The notes: generated from the letters alone by a model not told the origin. Numbered from the stretch's first letter, positions 54,669-63,171 are shown. The stretch is DNA of 63,216 nt from an uncultured Spirochaetales bacterium (GCA_964557375.1 CAZKZZ010000004.1:5904-69119); one strand, 5' to 3'. A program made the numbers and translations.

Positions 54669-56099
54669 CTAGTCGAACTGCAGCGAAATTTCTTCTATTG
54701 ATCTGACCGGTTTGATCCCCTCAGGGACCCGTTTGGCCTCCTTGTCCCAGACGATGATAATAGGCTGTTCCCGTTCCGGGAGCTCTTCCCCTTCTTTGTA
54801 CATAGCCAGTATCACATCCTGGTTCATATCCAATTCGGCCGCATCGAGGGTAATGCTGAATCCGTCGGCAGCAGTTATGGTTACATCGTAGCCTGCATTC
54901 ATTGCTTCCCTGCTGTAGGAGAGAATCGATTTGTCCTGCTTGTGGGGAGCGTAGTCGGGATCATCACTGTAGGCGAGTATTAACCACACGGGAAAACCTG
55001 TATAGGAAAAATCCTCGTCGTCTTTTCTGTCGTGATAGGTCACACTCTTGCGGTGGCAGTTGACACAACTCTGCACCGTCTGCCGGTCTAAGGAGAAATC
55101 CATCTTTCCTTTCATCTCGAGGGTAAAGTCTGTGAAACCTTTTTCATCCACTTTGATCTTTTCGATCATTTTAACACTGAGGTGCCCTTCGATATTGGGA
55201 TTATCCGGACCTACTTTGACCGTCCTTATATAGCCCGGATCAAAGGGAAGGTATGACCCGTCGCTCTTGAACGCTAAAATCCACTCGCCGTTTGTGGTGT
55301 CCATGATCTCCTTACCGCTGTAGCTCATCTCGTACCCGTCGGATGCAACGAACGTGACGGTAGTATCAGGTTTCAGGTCAAAGTATGATTCGAGAAGCTC
55401 GGCCAATTGTACTCCCCCGTAGGTGTGTGTATAGGTGGTGCCTGCCGAAGTGGTGAAACTCCCTTTCGCTTCGATATAATAAGGGGATTCTTCCAGTTCC
55501 TCAATTGTGAATGTATGTTCACTGCCGCCGATGTCGAGAGTAAGTGTGAAACCGGAACCTTCTTTTTCTCCGGGACCGTCCCGGCCTAACCCGAGTTCCA
55601 CGAGGATAAGTTCTTTTACCCAGAGGTTCCCGGGTACATCTCCGACAATCTGGGGCGGAATCTCAGTTCCATCCTTGCTGTTTACCAGATAGAGATCATC
55701 AGCGGACAAATCAGCCGTGTTAAAGGTAACACTGTATCCGTCGGAAGCGGTAAGAGTGATATCATAACCGGATTCCCACAAACCGGCATCAAAACCGCTC
55801 GGGGAGCCGCCGTCGGCTAACGCTGCGACCTGTTTGAAGGGAATGCCTTCATAGAGAGAGGTTTCCCCCTTTTTCTCGAGTGAGATTTCAACCCCGATTT
55901 CGCTGTTGTTTCTCATCGCCATGTAGTCTGCACCGGTGAGTTTTGCTTTTTCCTCTCCCGATACGGCAATGGACCAGTCGGGTGCCTCTACCGTGACGGT
56001 TTTAGCTTTCTTTTCTACATCCGGCCCTCCGCTGCACGCGGTAAAGAGCAGCCCCGCGGCAAGTACGAGGGAGATAGTGATGTAAATCCTGGTTTTCAT
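54669..56099 (-). CDS. lipoprotein with three tandem about 130-aa repeats (molybdopterin-oxidoreductase-like fold suspected) and one CXXCH motif
   Basis: 476 aa. Lipobox LLFTAC. Repeats recognisable by (T/V)(L/F)TASDGYSVTF / VTFVASDGYEMSY / VTITAADGFSITL cores. CVNCH in repeat 3. AGGAGG SD. Confidence 0.5.
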   Translation of the reverse strand: MKTRIYITISLVLAAGLLFTACSGGPDVEKKAKTVTVEAPDWSIAVSGEEKAKLTGADYMAMRNNSEIGVEISLEKKGETSLYEGIPFKQVAALADGGSPSGFDAGLWESGYDITLTASDGYSVTFNTADLSADDLYLVNSKDGTEIPPQIVGDVPGNLWVKELILVELGLGRDGPGEKEGSGFTLTLDIGGSEHTFTIEELEESPYYIEAKGSFTTSAGTTYTHTYGGVQLAELLESYFDLKPDTTVTFVASDGYEMSYSGKEIMDTTNGEWILAFKSDGSYLPFDPGYIRTVKVGPDNPNIEGHLSVKMIEKIKVDEKGFTDFTLEMKGKMDFSLDRQTVQSCVNCHRKSVTYHDRKDDEDFSYTGFPVWLILAYSDDPDYAPHKQDKSILSYSREAMNAGYDVTITAADGFSITLDAAELDMNQDVILAMYKEGEELPEREQPIIIVWDKEAKRVPEGIKPVRSIEEISLQFD

Positions 56100-56117
56100 G
56101 TTTTCCTCCTCAGTTGT

Positions 56118-57626
56118 TTATTGAATACTTTTATAATTTAATTTTTCGTCAATGATGGCCTGACCCTGTTTCAAGGTTTGTTCAACGGTCATCTGTCCGG
56201 AAAAAATAAAGCGAAGCAGTTTCCACATCGTATTCTTGTAGATTTTATAGGCGGGATCGGGCGGTATCACCGTACCGATTTCCTCGCTCCGTTTTAAGGT
56301 GCTGAAATAAGGGTTTGTTTCTTCCGCAAGCGCGAACGCGGCTCTGTTGGAGGGCAGTTTTGCCACTCGTGCGGGGAACCGCTGCTGTACTCCGATTCCG
56401 CCCATATATTGAAGAAACCGTTTTGCTAAAATGGGCCGTTTCGTTTTCCTCGTTACTGCAAAAGCTTTGAAGTCCAATAACGGTGAGACCGGAAGACCGG
56501 TTTCACTATTTACGGGGTAGGGAAACGGAGTAAAATCGAGACCCAATTCTTCGAAGTATGGAATACTGTAGGACCCGGTAAGAATCATCCCGATATCTCC
56601 GGAGATGAAAAGGGAAGTCATTCCGTCCCTCTCTTTGATATCGAGATATCCCCGGTCACGGAGGCTCAAAATGTAGCGTATCGCCTTTTTTGTCGGTGTA
56701 TCATCGACGGAGATACTCCCGTCATCGTTAATAATATTTTCTTTTCCGAAGGCCATCTGAAAGGGGATGAGCCAGTATGCCGAGTAGGCGTTCCAGGTGA
56801 TGGGTGAAATGCCTCTCTGCTCGAGGTCCCGGCAAATCTGTTCCAGCTCCTCGAGCGTCCATTGCAGGGGCGGGGCAGCATCGACGAGGGCATTGTTTAT
56901 CATCACAACCTGGGTGTCGAAATAGAAGGGGAGGGCCCACTCCCTATCCGAGAGCAGAAAAGCTTCTACCCCTTTGGGGAGCAGATGGTCTTTGGGGATA
57001 TAATCGATCGGTTGAAGGGTGTCTCCGGCAGTTAGCCGGGGGAGATAGTCCGACTGGACCATGACGACATCGGGCAGTTTCCCGCCCCCTCTGGAAATAG
57101 AGATCAGTTTTGAATCGATATTGGGAACTTCCGTTACGTTTACTGTTATGCCGTGCAGGTTTTCGTATCGATTGATTTCCTCTTTGAGCTCACGGATTCC
57201 CTCCCAGCACACCCACACCTCGAGCCTGTCTGAGACTACCTCTTCACCGTATATACGGAGGGCCTCAACCTCTGTAACTGTTTTGTTCGGGAGGAGGCAG
57301 TTCCAGGTGCCCGTTTTCCCGCGATGAAGAAACGTGTGCGGAAGCTCGTCCGCGAGCCACGGATTCAAGACGGTCTCTTTTTCCCCATTGTGGATGATAT
57401 CCAGCCGGTACGCGTCGATGAGGGGAGGAAAGAGCTCATCGAGACTGATACCCTCTCCGTTACTCTGCTGTGACGAAATGTTGTCGATCGGGGGCAGGGT
57501 GTAGAGATAGGAAGAGAGCTCATTACCGCTGTACCGTTTCCAGACCGAATCGTTTACATAAATGTCGAGAGAATACAGCGCTTGGGTAAGTACTAGTAAG
57601 ATGCCTAAAAAGCCCGCTATTCGCAT
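56118..57626 (-). CDS. ABC transporter extracellular solute-binding protein (family 1-like) with extra N-terminal domain
   Basis: Trimmed to the ATG at 57626 (MRIAGFLGILLVL...), which follows GGAGG. The SBP core starts near LEVWVCWEG and ends in a typical C-terminal helix. About 115 extra residues lie between the signal peptide and the core. Confidence 0.7.
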   Translation of the reverse strand: MRIAGFLGILLVLTQALYSLDIYVNDSVWKRYSGNELSSYLYTLPPIDNISSQQSNGEGISLDELFPPLIDAYRLDIIHNGEKETVLNPWLADELPHTFLHRGKTGTWNCLLPNKTVTEVEALRIYGEEVVSDRLEVWVCWEGIRELKEEINRYENLHGITVNVTEVPNIDSKLISISRGGGKLPDVVMVQSDYLPRLTAGDTLQPIDYIPKDHLLPKGVEAFLLSDREWALPFYFDTQVVMINNALVDAAPPLQWTLEELEQICRDLEQRGISPITWNAYSAYWLIPFQMAFGKENIINDDGSISVDDTPTKKAIRYILSLRDRGYLDIKERDGMTSLFISGDIGMILTGSYSIPYFEELGLDFTPFPYPVNSETGLPVSPLLDFKAFAVTRKTKRPILAKRFLQYMGGIGVQQRFPARVAKLPSNRAAFALAEETNPYFSTLKRSEEIGTVIPPDPAYKIYKNTMWKLLRFIFSGQMTVEQTLKQGQAIIDEKLNYKSIQ

Positions 57627-57810
57627 GGTCCGCCTCCTTTCCAAACACGGGAGGTAATGCAATTTCTCGCATTACCCTAACGGTTCCCGTCCCGTAAACA
57701 TCGCGGCCTCTGTGAGGTGTTGACATCAACCGTCCCTGTTCGTAGGGAAGAGAACTCGGAGGTATTTGAGGTAACTGCGAAATTGCAACTAATTTCACTA
57801 TTACCTCATT
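57627..57810 (-). promoter_or_regulatory. structured 5' leader of the ABC operon with mutually exclusive helices
   Basis: Local hairpin GGTAATGC (57653-57660) / GCATTACC (57669-57676). Distal segment 57768-57787 is complementary to 57658-57678. A CCUCC tract adjacent to the hairpin is complementary to the SD GGAGG (57633-57637). Confidence 0.45.
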
Positions 57811-57837
57811 GAATTATCTGTCTGTTCACTGTATGAT
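57809..57837 (+). promoter_or_regulatory. sigma70-type promoter for the aldehyde dehydrogenase gene
   Basis: TTGAAT (57809-57814), 17-nt spacer, TATGAT (57832-57837), 47 nt upstream of the ATG. Confidence 0.5.
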
Positions 57838-57884
57838 AGCGGATACAGTTATGTCAAGAAACATTTTGAAATGGAGGTTTTTTT

Positions 57885-59282
57885 ATGGCAGATGCTGCGG
57901 AAGCTGCAAAATACATCGGGGGGCTGATCGAGCGTGCTAAAAAAGCGCATAAAGAGATCGAGTTCATGTCTCAGGAGCAAGTCGATGAGATGACTGTACG
58001 AATCGCGTGGTCCGGGGTACAGCCGGATTTTGCGCGCAAACTTGCCAATTTCGCCGCCGAAGAGTCGGGAATGGGCAATGAACCGAGTAAGTACGGAAAG
58101 ATCATGACCAAGGTAAAAGGTACATTACGGGACATGAAAGGGAAAAAATCGGTAGGGATAGTAGAAGACGATAAATTAAACGGTATCGTCAAATATGCCA
58201 AACCGATGGGTGTAATCGGAGCGCTTATACCGGTTACCAATCCCGAAGCGACCCCGTTTGTAAAGGCCATCAGTGCCATCAAGACGCGGAACGTCATTAT
58301 CATGGCGCCCCATCCCCGAACAAAGGGGACCAACAAGATGGCGGTAGACCGGATGCGTTCGGTGCTGAAAAAGCACGGCTGGCCCGAAGATGTCATCATC
58401 AATGTCGATGAGCTCTCCGTAGAGGCGAGTAAAGAGTTGATGAAGCAGTGCGACATCGTGCTCGCTACCGGCGGAGGCGGGATGGTAAAAGCCGCCTATT
58501 CGAGCGGGACGCCCAGTCAGGGTGTCGGTGCGGGGAATGCGGTCTGTATCGTCGATGAAACCGCGGATTTGAAAGATGCAGCAGATAAAATAATGCGGTC
58601 CAAGATCTTCGACTATGCTACCAGCTGTTCGACCGAAAACTCGGTCATCATTCAGGAAGATGTGTATGAGCAGGCGGTAAAGGAGCTGGAAGCAGTCGGC
58701 GGCTATCTGGTCAATGCAGAAGAGAAGAAAAAACTGCAGGCTACCATGTGGGACGAGAAGGGTACCTTGAACAGAGAAATCGTCGCCCGTCCCGCAACCA
58801 GGATCGCTGAACTGGCAGGGATCGATCTCCCCGAAGGGAAGACTTTTTTCATGATTCCGGAAACCGGAATCGGGCCCGATTATCCCTTCTCGGCGGAAAA
58901 ACTCTCGGTTACCACCGCCCTCTACAAATGGAAAGAATTCAAAGACGCGGTAGATATGGTAAACACCATTACCTCTTTCTCCGGCCCCGGCCATTCATGC
59001 GGTATCCACACCTTCAATGAGGCGAGGATCCGTGAATTGGGACTGAAAGCGCGGGTTTCGAGGATCATGATCCGTCAACCCCAGTGTCTTGCCAACAGCG
59101 GTGCGTGGACAAACGGTATGCCTATGTCCATGACCTTAGGGTGCGGTTCCTGGGGCGGTAATACTGTCTCGGAGAATGTTACCTGGAAACATCTGCTAAA
59201 CTATACCTGGGTCTCTTACCAGATCCCGAGCACCCAGCCTACGGATGAAGAACTGTTCGGTACGGTAATGCTGGAAGAATAA
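57885..59282 (+). CDS. CoA-acylating aldehyde dehydrogenase (SucD / succinate-semialdehyde dehydrogenase (acylating)-like)
   Basis: 465 aa. Collinear with my recollection of Clostridium kluyveri SucD: SQEQVD, KPMGVIGALIPVTNP, ATGGGGMVKAAYSSG, catalytic Cys context ATSCSTENS, LGCGSWGGN. Confidence 0.75.
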   Translation: MADAAEAAKYIGGLIERAKKAHKEIEFMSQEQVDEMTVRIAWSGVQPDFARKLANFAAEESGMGNEPSKYGKIMTKVKGTLRDMKGKKSVGIVEDDKLNGIVKYAKPMGVIGALIPVTNPEATPFVKAISAIKTRNVIIMAPHPRTKGTNKMAVDRMRSVLKKHGWPEDVIINVDELSVEASKELMKQCDIVLATGGGGMVKAAYSSGTPSQGVGAGNAVCIVDETADLKDAADKIMRSKIFDYATSCSTENSVIIQEDVYEQAVKELEAVGGYLVNAEEKKKLQATMWDEKGTLNREIVARPATRIAELAGIDLPEGKTFFMIPETGIGPDYPFSAEKLSVTTALYKWKEFKDAVDMVNTITSFSGPGHSCGIHTFNEARIRELGLKARVSRIMIRQPQCLANSGAWTNGMPMSMTLGCGSWGGNTVSENVTWKHLLNYTWVSYQIPSTQPTDEELFGTVMLEE

Positions 59283-59293
59283 CGATCGATTTG

Positions 59294-59322
59294 AGCTTCC
59301 CGGCTGTTTCTGCCGGGAAGCT
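59294..59322 (+). promoter_or_regulatory. perfect 11-bp hairpin between aldehyde dehydrogenase and carboxyltransferase
   Basis: AGCTTCCCGGC (59294-59304) / GCCGGGAAGCT (59312-59322), loop TGTTTCT. Followed by TCGGTTCCC, which is not a clean U-tract. Confidence 0.5.
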
Positions 59323-59379
59323 TCGGTTCCCTGTGTGGCAACGCAAGATTATTTTCTGTACCAAGAGAAGGGGGTTGAA

Positions 59380-60930
59380 GTGGCCAATCAGGATAAAATT
59401 GACGAATTAAAAAAACTTCGCGAGCAGATCCTTGCCGGAGGCGGTGAGGACAAGATCGAGAAACAGCACGAACGGGGCAAATTGAGCACGCGGGAGCGGA
59501 TAGACCGGCTCGTCGACGAACGCTCTTTTGTCGAACATCAGACATTTATCACCGGCCGCAGCAGCGAGTTGGGTATGGATAAAAAGCGGTTTTTAGGTGA
59601 TGGAGTTGTAAGCGGTTCCGGAAAGGTATACGGAAAGCAGGTGTTTCTCTTTGCCCAGGACTTTACTGTTTTGGGAGGTTCATTGGGAGAAATGCACGCC
59701 GAACGGATTGTCGAGGCCCAAAAACTGGCGCTTCAAAACCGCTGTCCCTTTATCCAGATAAATGACAGCGGCGGTGCGCGCATTCAGGAAGGAGTACTGG
59801 CCCTTCAGGGGTATGCAAAAATCTTCCGCGCGAACACCCACGCTTCCGGGGTCATCCCCCAATTCTCTCTCATTTTAGGCCCCTGTGCCGGCGGCGCGGC
59901 ATATTCTCCCGCTATAACCGATTTCGTGTTTATGGTTGATAAGGTAAGCAGCATGTACATTACCGGACCGGGTGTCATCCAGGCAGTAACAGGTGAAGAT
60001 ATCGACCAGGAAAGGCTCGGTGGAGCATATACCCATTCCTCGAAGAGCGGGAACGTTCATTTCCGATTCGAGTCTGAAGATGACTGCATTCTTTTCCTGC
60101 GTAATTTGCTGACCTATCTTCCTGCGAACAACCAGGAAAAACCGCCTGTTGTTGATATGGGCGACCCTCTCGAGAGAACAACTCCCGAAATAATCGACAT
60201 CATTCCGGAAGAACAGAAACGGCCGTATGATATTCGAGAGTTCATCGAAGAGGTATTCGATCATGAATCTTTTCTGGAGGTCCATGCAGAGTACGCGGTC
60301 AATGTCGTGGTGGGATTCGCCCGGCTGAACGGGTACACTGTTGGAATTTTTGCCAATCAGCCCGAGTATTATGCAGCTGCTCTAGATATAAACGCCTCCG
60401 ACAAGGCGGCACGGTTTATTCGATTCTGCGACGCATTCAACATCCCCATCGTCTCCTTAGCCGATGTCCCCGGGTTTCTCCCCGGTGTTGCTCAAGAACA
60501 TGGCGGTATTATCCGTCATGGGGCAAAAGTGCTGTACGCCATTGCTGAAGCGACCGTACCGAAACTCTCGCTTATATTGAGAAAGGCGTATGGAGGAGCA
60601 TATATCGCTATGGCATCCAAAGCATTAGGATACGACAGGGTTTTGGCCTATCCGTTTGCCGAGATCGCTGTGATGGGAGCGGAAGGAGCTGCGAATATCA
60701 TATTCCGAAGAGATATAAAAGCGGCTGAAGACCCGGAAGCTGAACGGCAGAACAAAATCCGGCTCTATAAAGAGCAGTTCATGAACCCCTACATCGCTGC
60801 CGGGCTCGGGTATATCGATGAGGTCATCCGCCCCGAACATTCCCGGATCGAGTTGGGAAAATCATTGGAGATGATTCTTGCAAAAAAAGAGGGGCGTCCC
60901 TGGAAAAAACACGGTAACATTCCCCTTTAA
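59380..60930 (+). CDS. acyl-CoA carboxyltransferase (propionyl-CoA carboxylase beta / methylmalonyl-CoA decarboxylase alpha family)
   Basis: GTG at 59380 after GAAGGGGG (the track start at 59335 is less likely). KIEKQHERGKLSTRERI, QDFTVLGGSLGE, LILGPCAGGAAYSPA, RKAYGGAYIAM motifs. Confidence 0.9.
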   Translation: MANQDKIDELKKLREQILAGGGEDKIEKQHERGKLSTRERIDRLVDERSFVEHQTFITGRSSELGMDKKRFLGDGVVSGSGKVYGKQVFLFAQDFTVLGGSLGEMHAERIVEAQKLALQNRCPFIQINDSGGARIQEGVLALQGYAKIFRANTHASGVIPQFSLILGPCAGGAAYSPAITDFVFMVDKVSSMYITGPGVIQAVTGEDIDQERLGGAYTHSSKSGNVHFRFESEDDCILFLRNLLTYLPANNQEKPPVVDMGDPLERTTPEIIDIIPEEQKRPYDIREFIEEVFDHESFLEVHAEYAVNVVVGFARLNGYTVGIFANQPEYYAAALDINASDKAARFIRFCDAFNIPIVSLADVPGFLPGVAQEHGGIIRHGAKVLYAIAEATVPKLSLILRKAYGGAYIAMASKALGYDRVLAYPFAEIAVMGAEGAANIIFRRDIKAAEDPEAERQNKIRLYKEQFMNPYIAAGLGYIDEVIRPEHSRIELGKSLEMILAKKEGRPWKKHGNIPL

Positions 60931-60933
60931 ACG

Positions 60934-61746
60934 GTGAAAAGGAAACCTGGTATAACGTATCATCGTCTTAAACGGTATCGACTGAGAAGATACATTCTCC
61001 TCGTCATTTCAGTTTTCGCAATACTTCTTATATGGAAGGTGGTGTCTCTGTTAGTGGGAGCAGACATTATTCTGCCTTCCCCGGAGAAAACGGTAATCGA
61101 GACGATAACCCTCTTCGGTGACTGCGCGTTCTACTCGGCTATGGGCTCGACTGTTCTCCGCGGCCTGGCCGGATTTTTTATTTCCGCATGCCTCGGGATC
61201 ACTGTCGGGCTGGTTGCCGGCTCCAACACAACAGCCCATACCCTTATTACACCGATACTCTCGGTCATTCGGACCACACCGGTCATGTCGGTCGTACTGA
61301 TCGCTTTGATATGGTTTCACAGTGCCTTAGTCCCGGTTTTTGTTACCCTTCTCATCGCTTTTCCCATCATCTGCGGAAATGTAATCGAGGGAGTACGGGG
61401 GGTCGATCCAAAACTGCTCGAGATGGCTTCAGTTTTTAATGTGCGGAGGGAGAAAGTCGTAAGAGAGGTGATCGTCCCATCGCTTTTCCCGTATCTCATT
61501 GCCGGAGCATCGACCGCACTCGGCATTACCTGGAAGGTGGTAGTAGCAGCGGAGATTTTGAGCAGACCGGCGCGGGCGATCGGCAGCAGCTTGTGGGATG
61601 CGAAAATCAGGCTCGAGACTGCCGAGGTGTTTGCCTGGACCGCGGTTGCTATTGTCCTGAGCGGACTGAGTGAAGCTGTTTTCCGTCTGGCGGTGCGGAA
61701 GATCCCGTGGGCTTCAGCCCAGCTAAGCAGCGAAAGGGAGAGATAG
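60934..61746 (+). CDS. ABC transporter permease, NitT/TauT (nitrate/sulfonate/taurine) family
   Basis: 270 aa, about 6 TM. EAA-like loop LEMASVFNVRREKVVREVIVPSLFP. GTG start 3 nt after the upstream stop. Confidence 0.8.
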   Translation: MKRKPGITYHRLKRYRLRRYILLVISVFAILLIWKVVSLLVGADIILPSPEKTVIETITLFGDCAFYSAMGSTVLRGLAGFFISACLGITVGLVAGSNTTAHTLITPILSVIRTTPVMSVVLIALIWFHSALVPVFVTLLIAFPIICGNVIEGVRGVDPKLLEMASVFNVRREKVVREVIVPSLFPYLIAGASTALGITWKVVVAAEILSRPARAIGSSLWDAKIRLETAEVFAWTAVAIVLSGLSEAVFRLAVRKIPWASAQLSSERER

Positions 61747-61752
61747 AGTAAG

Positions 61753-62460
61753 GTGGATATCGTTCTCGAAAAGATCAACAAGTCGTACGGGACCCTGGAG
61801 GTGCTGCGCGCTATTTCTTTTGCAGTGAAACAGGCGGAAGTGTGTGCGATATTGGGTCCGTCGGGCTGCGGAAAAACAACACTCTTAAACATCATCTCCG
61901 GTATGGACGGAGATTATTCAGGGGAGGTCCGGGGAGTGCACCCGAAACGGATCAGCTATCTGTTTCAGGAGCCGCGGCTTTTACCGTGGAAAACAGTGCT
62001 GGGGAACCTGGAGTTCATCATACCTCCGGAAATGGACAAATCAAGCTGGATGAGTACAATACGGCACTATTTGGAACTGGTGGGGCTCGAGGAGTTTAGT
62101 ACTTACTATCCAAACGCCTTGAGCGGAGGTATGCGGCAGCGGGTCGCAGTGGTAAGGGCCTTTATTTTCCCTGCCGATCTTGTCCTCATGGATGAACCGT
62201 TTCAAGCCCTCGATCTCCGGATCAAACTCTCTCTGGTTTCGGTATTCAAGGCGCTCTGGCAGGAGAGCCGAAAGACGGCCATTTTTGTTACCCATGACGT
62301 TCAGGAGGCGATGCTTTTAGGCGACAGGATCATCGTGCTCTCGGACCGGCCTTCACAGGTACGGAAGACCATTACGAATCCGGTACTACCGGAAGAACGT
62401 TCTCTCGGCAACGAACAAATGTTGAAGCTGGAAAGAGATTTGTATACACTGGTGACCTGA
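61753..62460 (+). CDS. ABC transporter ATP-binding protein, NitT/TauT family
   Basis: 235 aa. Walker A GPSGCGKTT, signature LSGGMRQRV, Walker B LVLMDEPF. Confidence 0.9.
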   Translation: MDIVLEKINKSYGTLEVLRAISFAVKQAEVCAILGPSGCGKTTLLNIISGMDGDYSGEVRGVHPKRISYLFQEPRLLPWKTVLGNLEFIIPPEMDKSSWMSTIRHYLELVGLEEFSTYYPNALSGGMRQRVAVVRAFIFPADLVLMDEPFQALDLRIKLSLVSVFKALWQESRKTAIFVTHDVQEAMLLGDRIIVLSDRPSQVRKTITNPVLPEERSLGNEQMLKLERDLYTLVT

Positions 62461-62477
62461 AAGAGGAAGACAAACGG

Positions 62478-63131
62478 ATGGTACTGTTAGGCATAACTGA
62501 TATTCACGGAGACATAACTGACCTGTCCGGGCTGGAGGCGGAACTAAAAGGGGCTGATGTGGTGCTTGTTGCCGGAGACGTTACGAACTTCGGAGGGGCC
62601 GATTCGGCCGCAGAGGTAATTACCGAACTGAAGAAGTATACCAAGAAACTGTTTGCGGTGCCCGGTAACTGCGATTATTCCGAAGTCGATATCTATCTCT
62701 CCCAGCTCGGCATAAACCTTCATCAACGAAGTGAACACTACGACGGTATCTGTTTTCTCGGTGCGGGCGGGTCTACCCCCTGTCCGGTGGAGACCCCGCT
62801 CGTGTATTCGGAAGCCGAATACGAGGCGATGCTCAACGGTTCGGCCTCCACCGCGAAAGGGTGTACATCGGTGCTGGTCTCTCATCAGCCGCCGTTCAAT
62901 ACCAAGACCGACCGTGCCATGAAAATCAAGCATGTGGGAAGTAAATCGGTGCGTACCTTCATCGAACAGTATCAGCCCCTTGTCTGTCTTACCGGACACA
63001 TCCATGAATCGAAAGGAATAGACACTGTGGGGAGGACCACAATCGTTAATCCGGGTCCGTTTAAAGACGGCAGATACTGCAGGATTACCATCCAAAAGGG
63101 AGAGGCCGATGTGGAGCTGCTCAAGGTGTAG
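62478..63131 (+). CDS. metallophosphoesterase family protein
   Basis: 217 aa. Calcineurin-like motifs ITDIHGD, VAGDVTNFG, PGNCD, GHIHES. Confidence 0.8.
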   Translation: MVLLGITDIHGDITDLSGLEAELKGADVVLVAGDVTNFGGADSAAEVITELKKYTKKLFAVPGNCDYSEVDIYLSQLGINLHQRSEHYDGICFLGAGGSTPCPVETPLVYSEAEYEAMLNGSASTAKGCTSVLVSHQPPFNTKTDRAMKIKHVGSKSVRTFIEQYQPLVCLTGHIHESKGIDTVGRTTIVNPGPFKDGRYCRITIQKGEADVELLKV

Positions 63132-63140
63132 CGGCCGGGA

Positions 63141-63170
63141 TAAAAAAATGCCCCGCCTAAAAGACGGGGC
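63141..63170 (-). terminator. rho-independent terminator of tRNA-Phe (hairpin also closes the plus-strand operon)
   Basis: Stem GCCCCG (63150-63155) / CGGGGC (63165-63170). On the minus strand it is followed by ATTTTTTTA. Confidence 0.75.
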
Positions 63171-63171
63171 C

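Noticed and set aside
57627-57810. Assignment of the ABC-operon leader to a known riboswitch class (TPP, c-di-GMP I/II, NiCo/czcD, ZTP, guanidine, preQ1).
   Set aside because: The conserved cores I can recall for these classes (for example CUGAGA...ACCUGAUCUGGAUAAUGCCAGCG for TPP, the ACAG/GGGC junctions of NiCo, or CCGCCUGGGC of ZTP) are not present. It is kept only as an unclassified structured leader.
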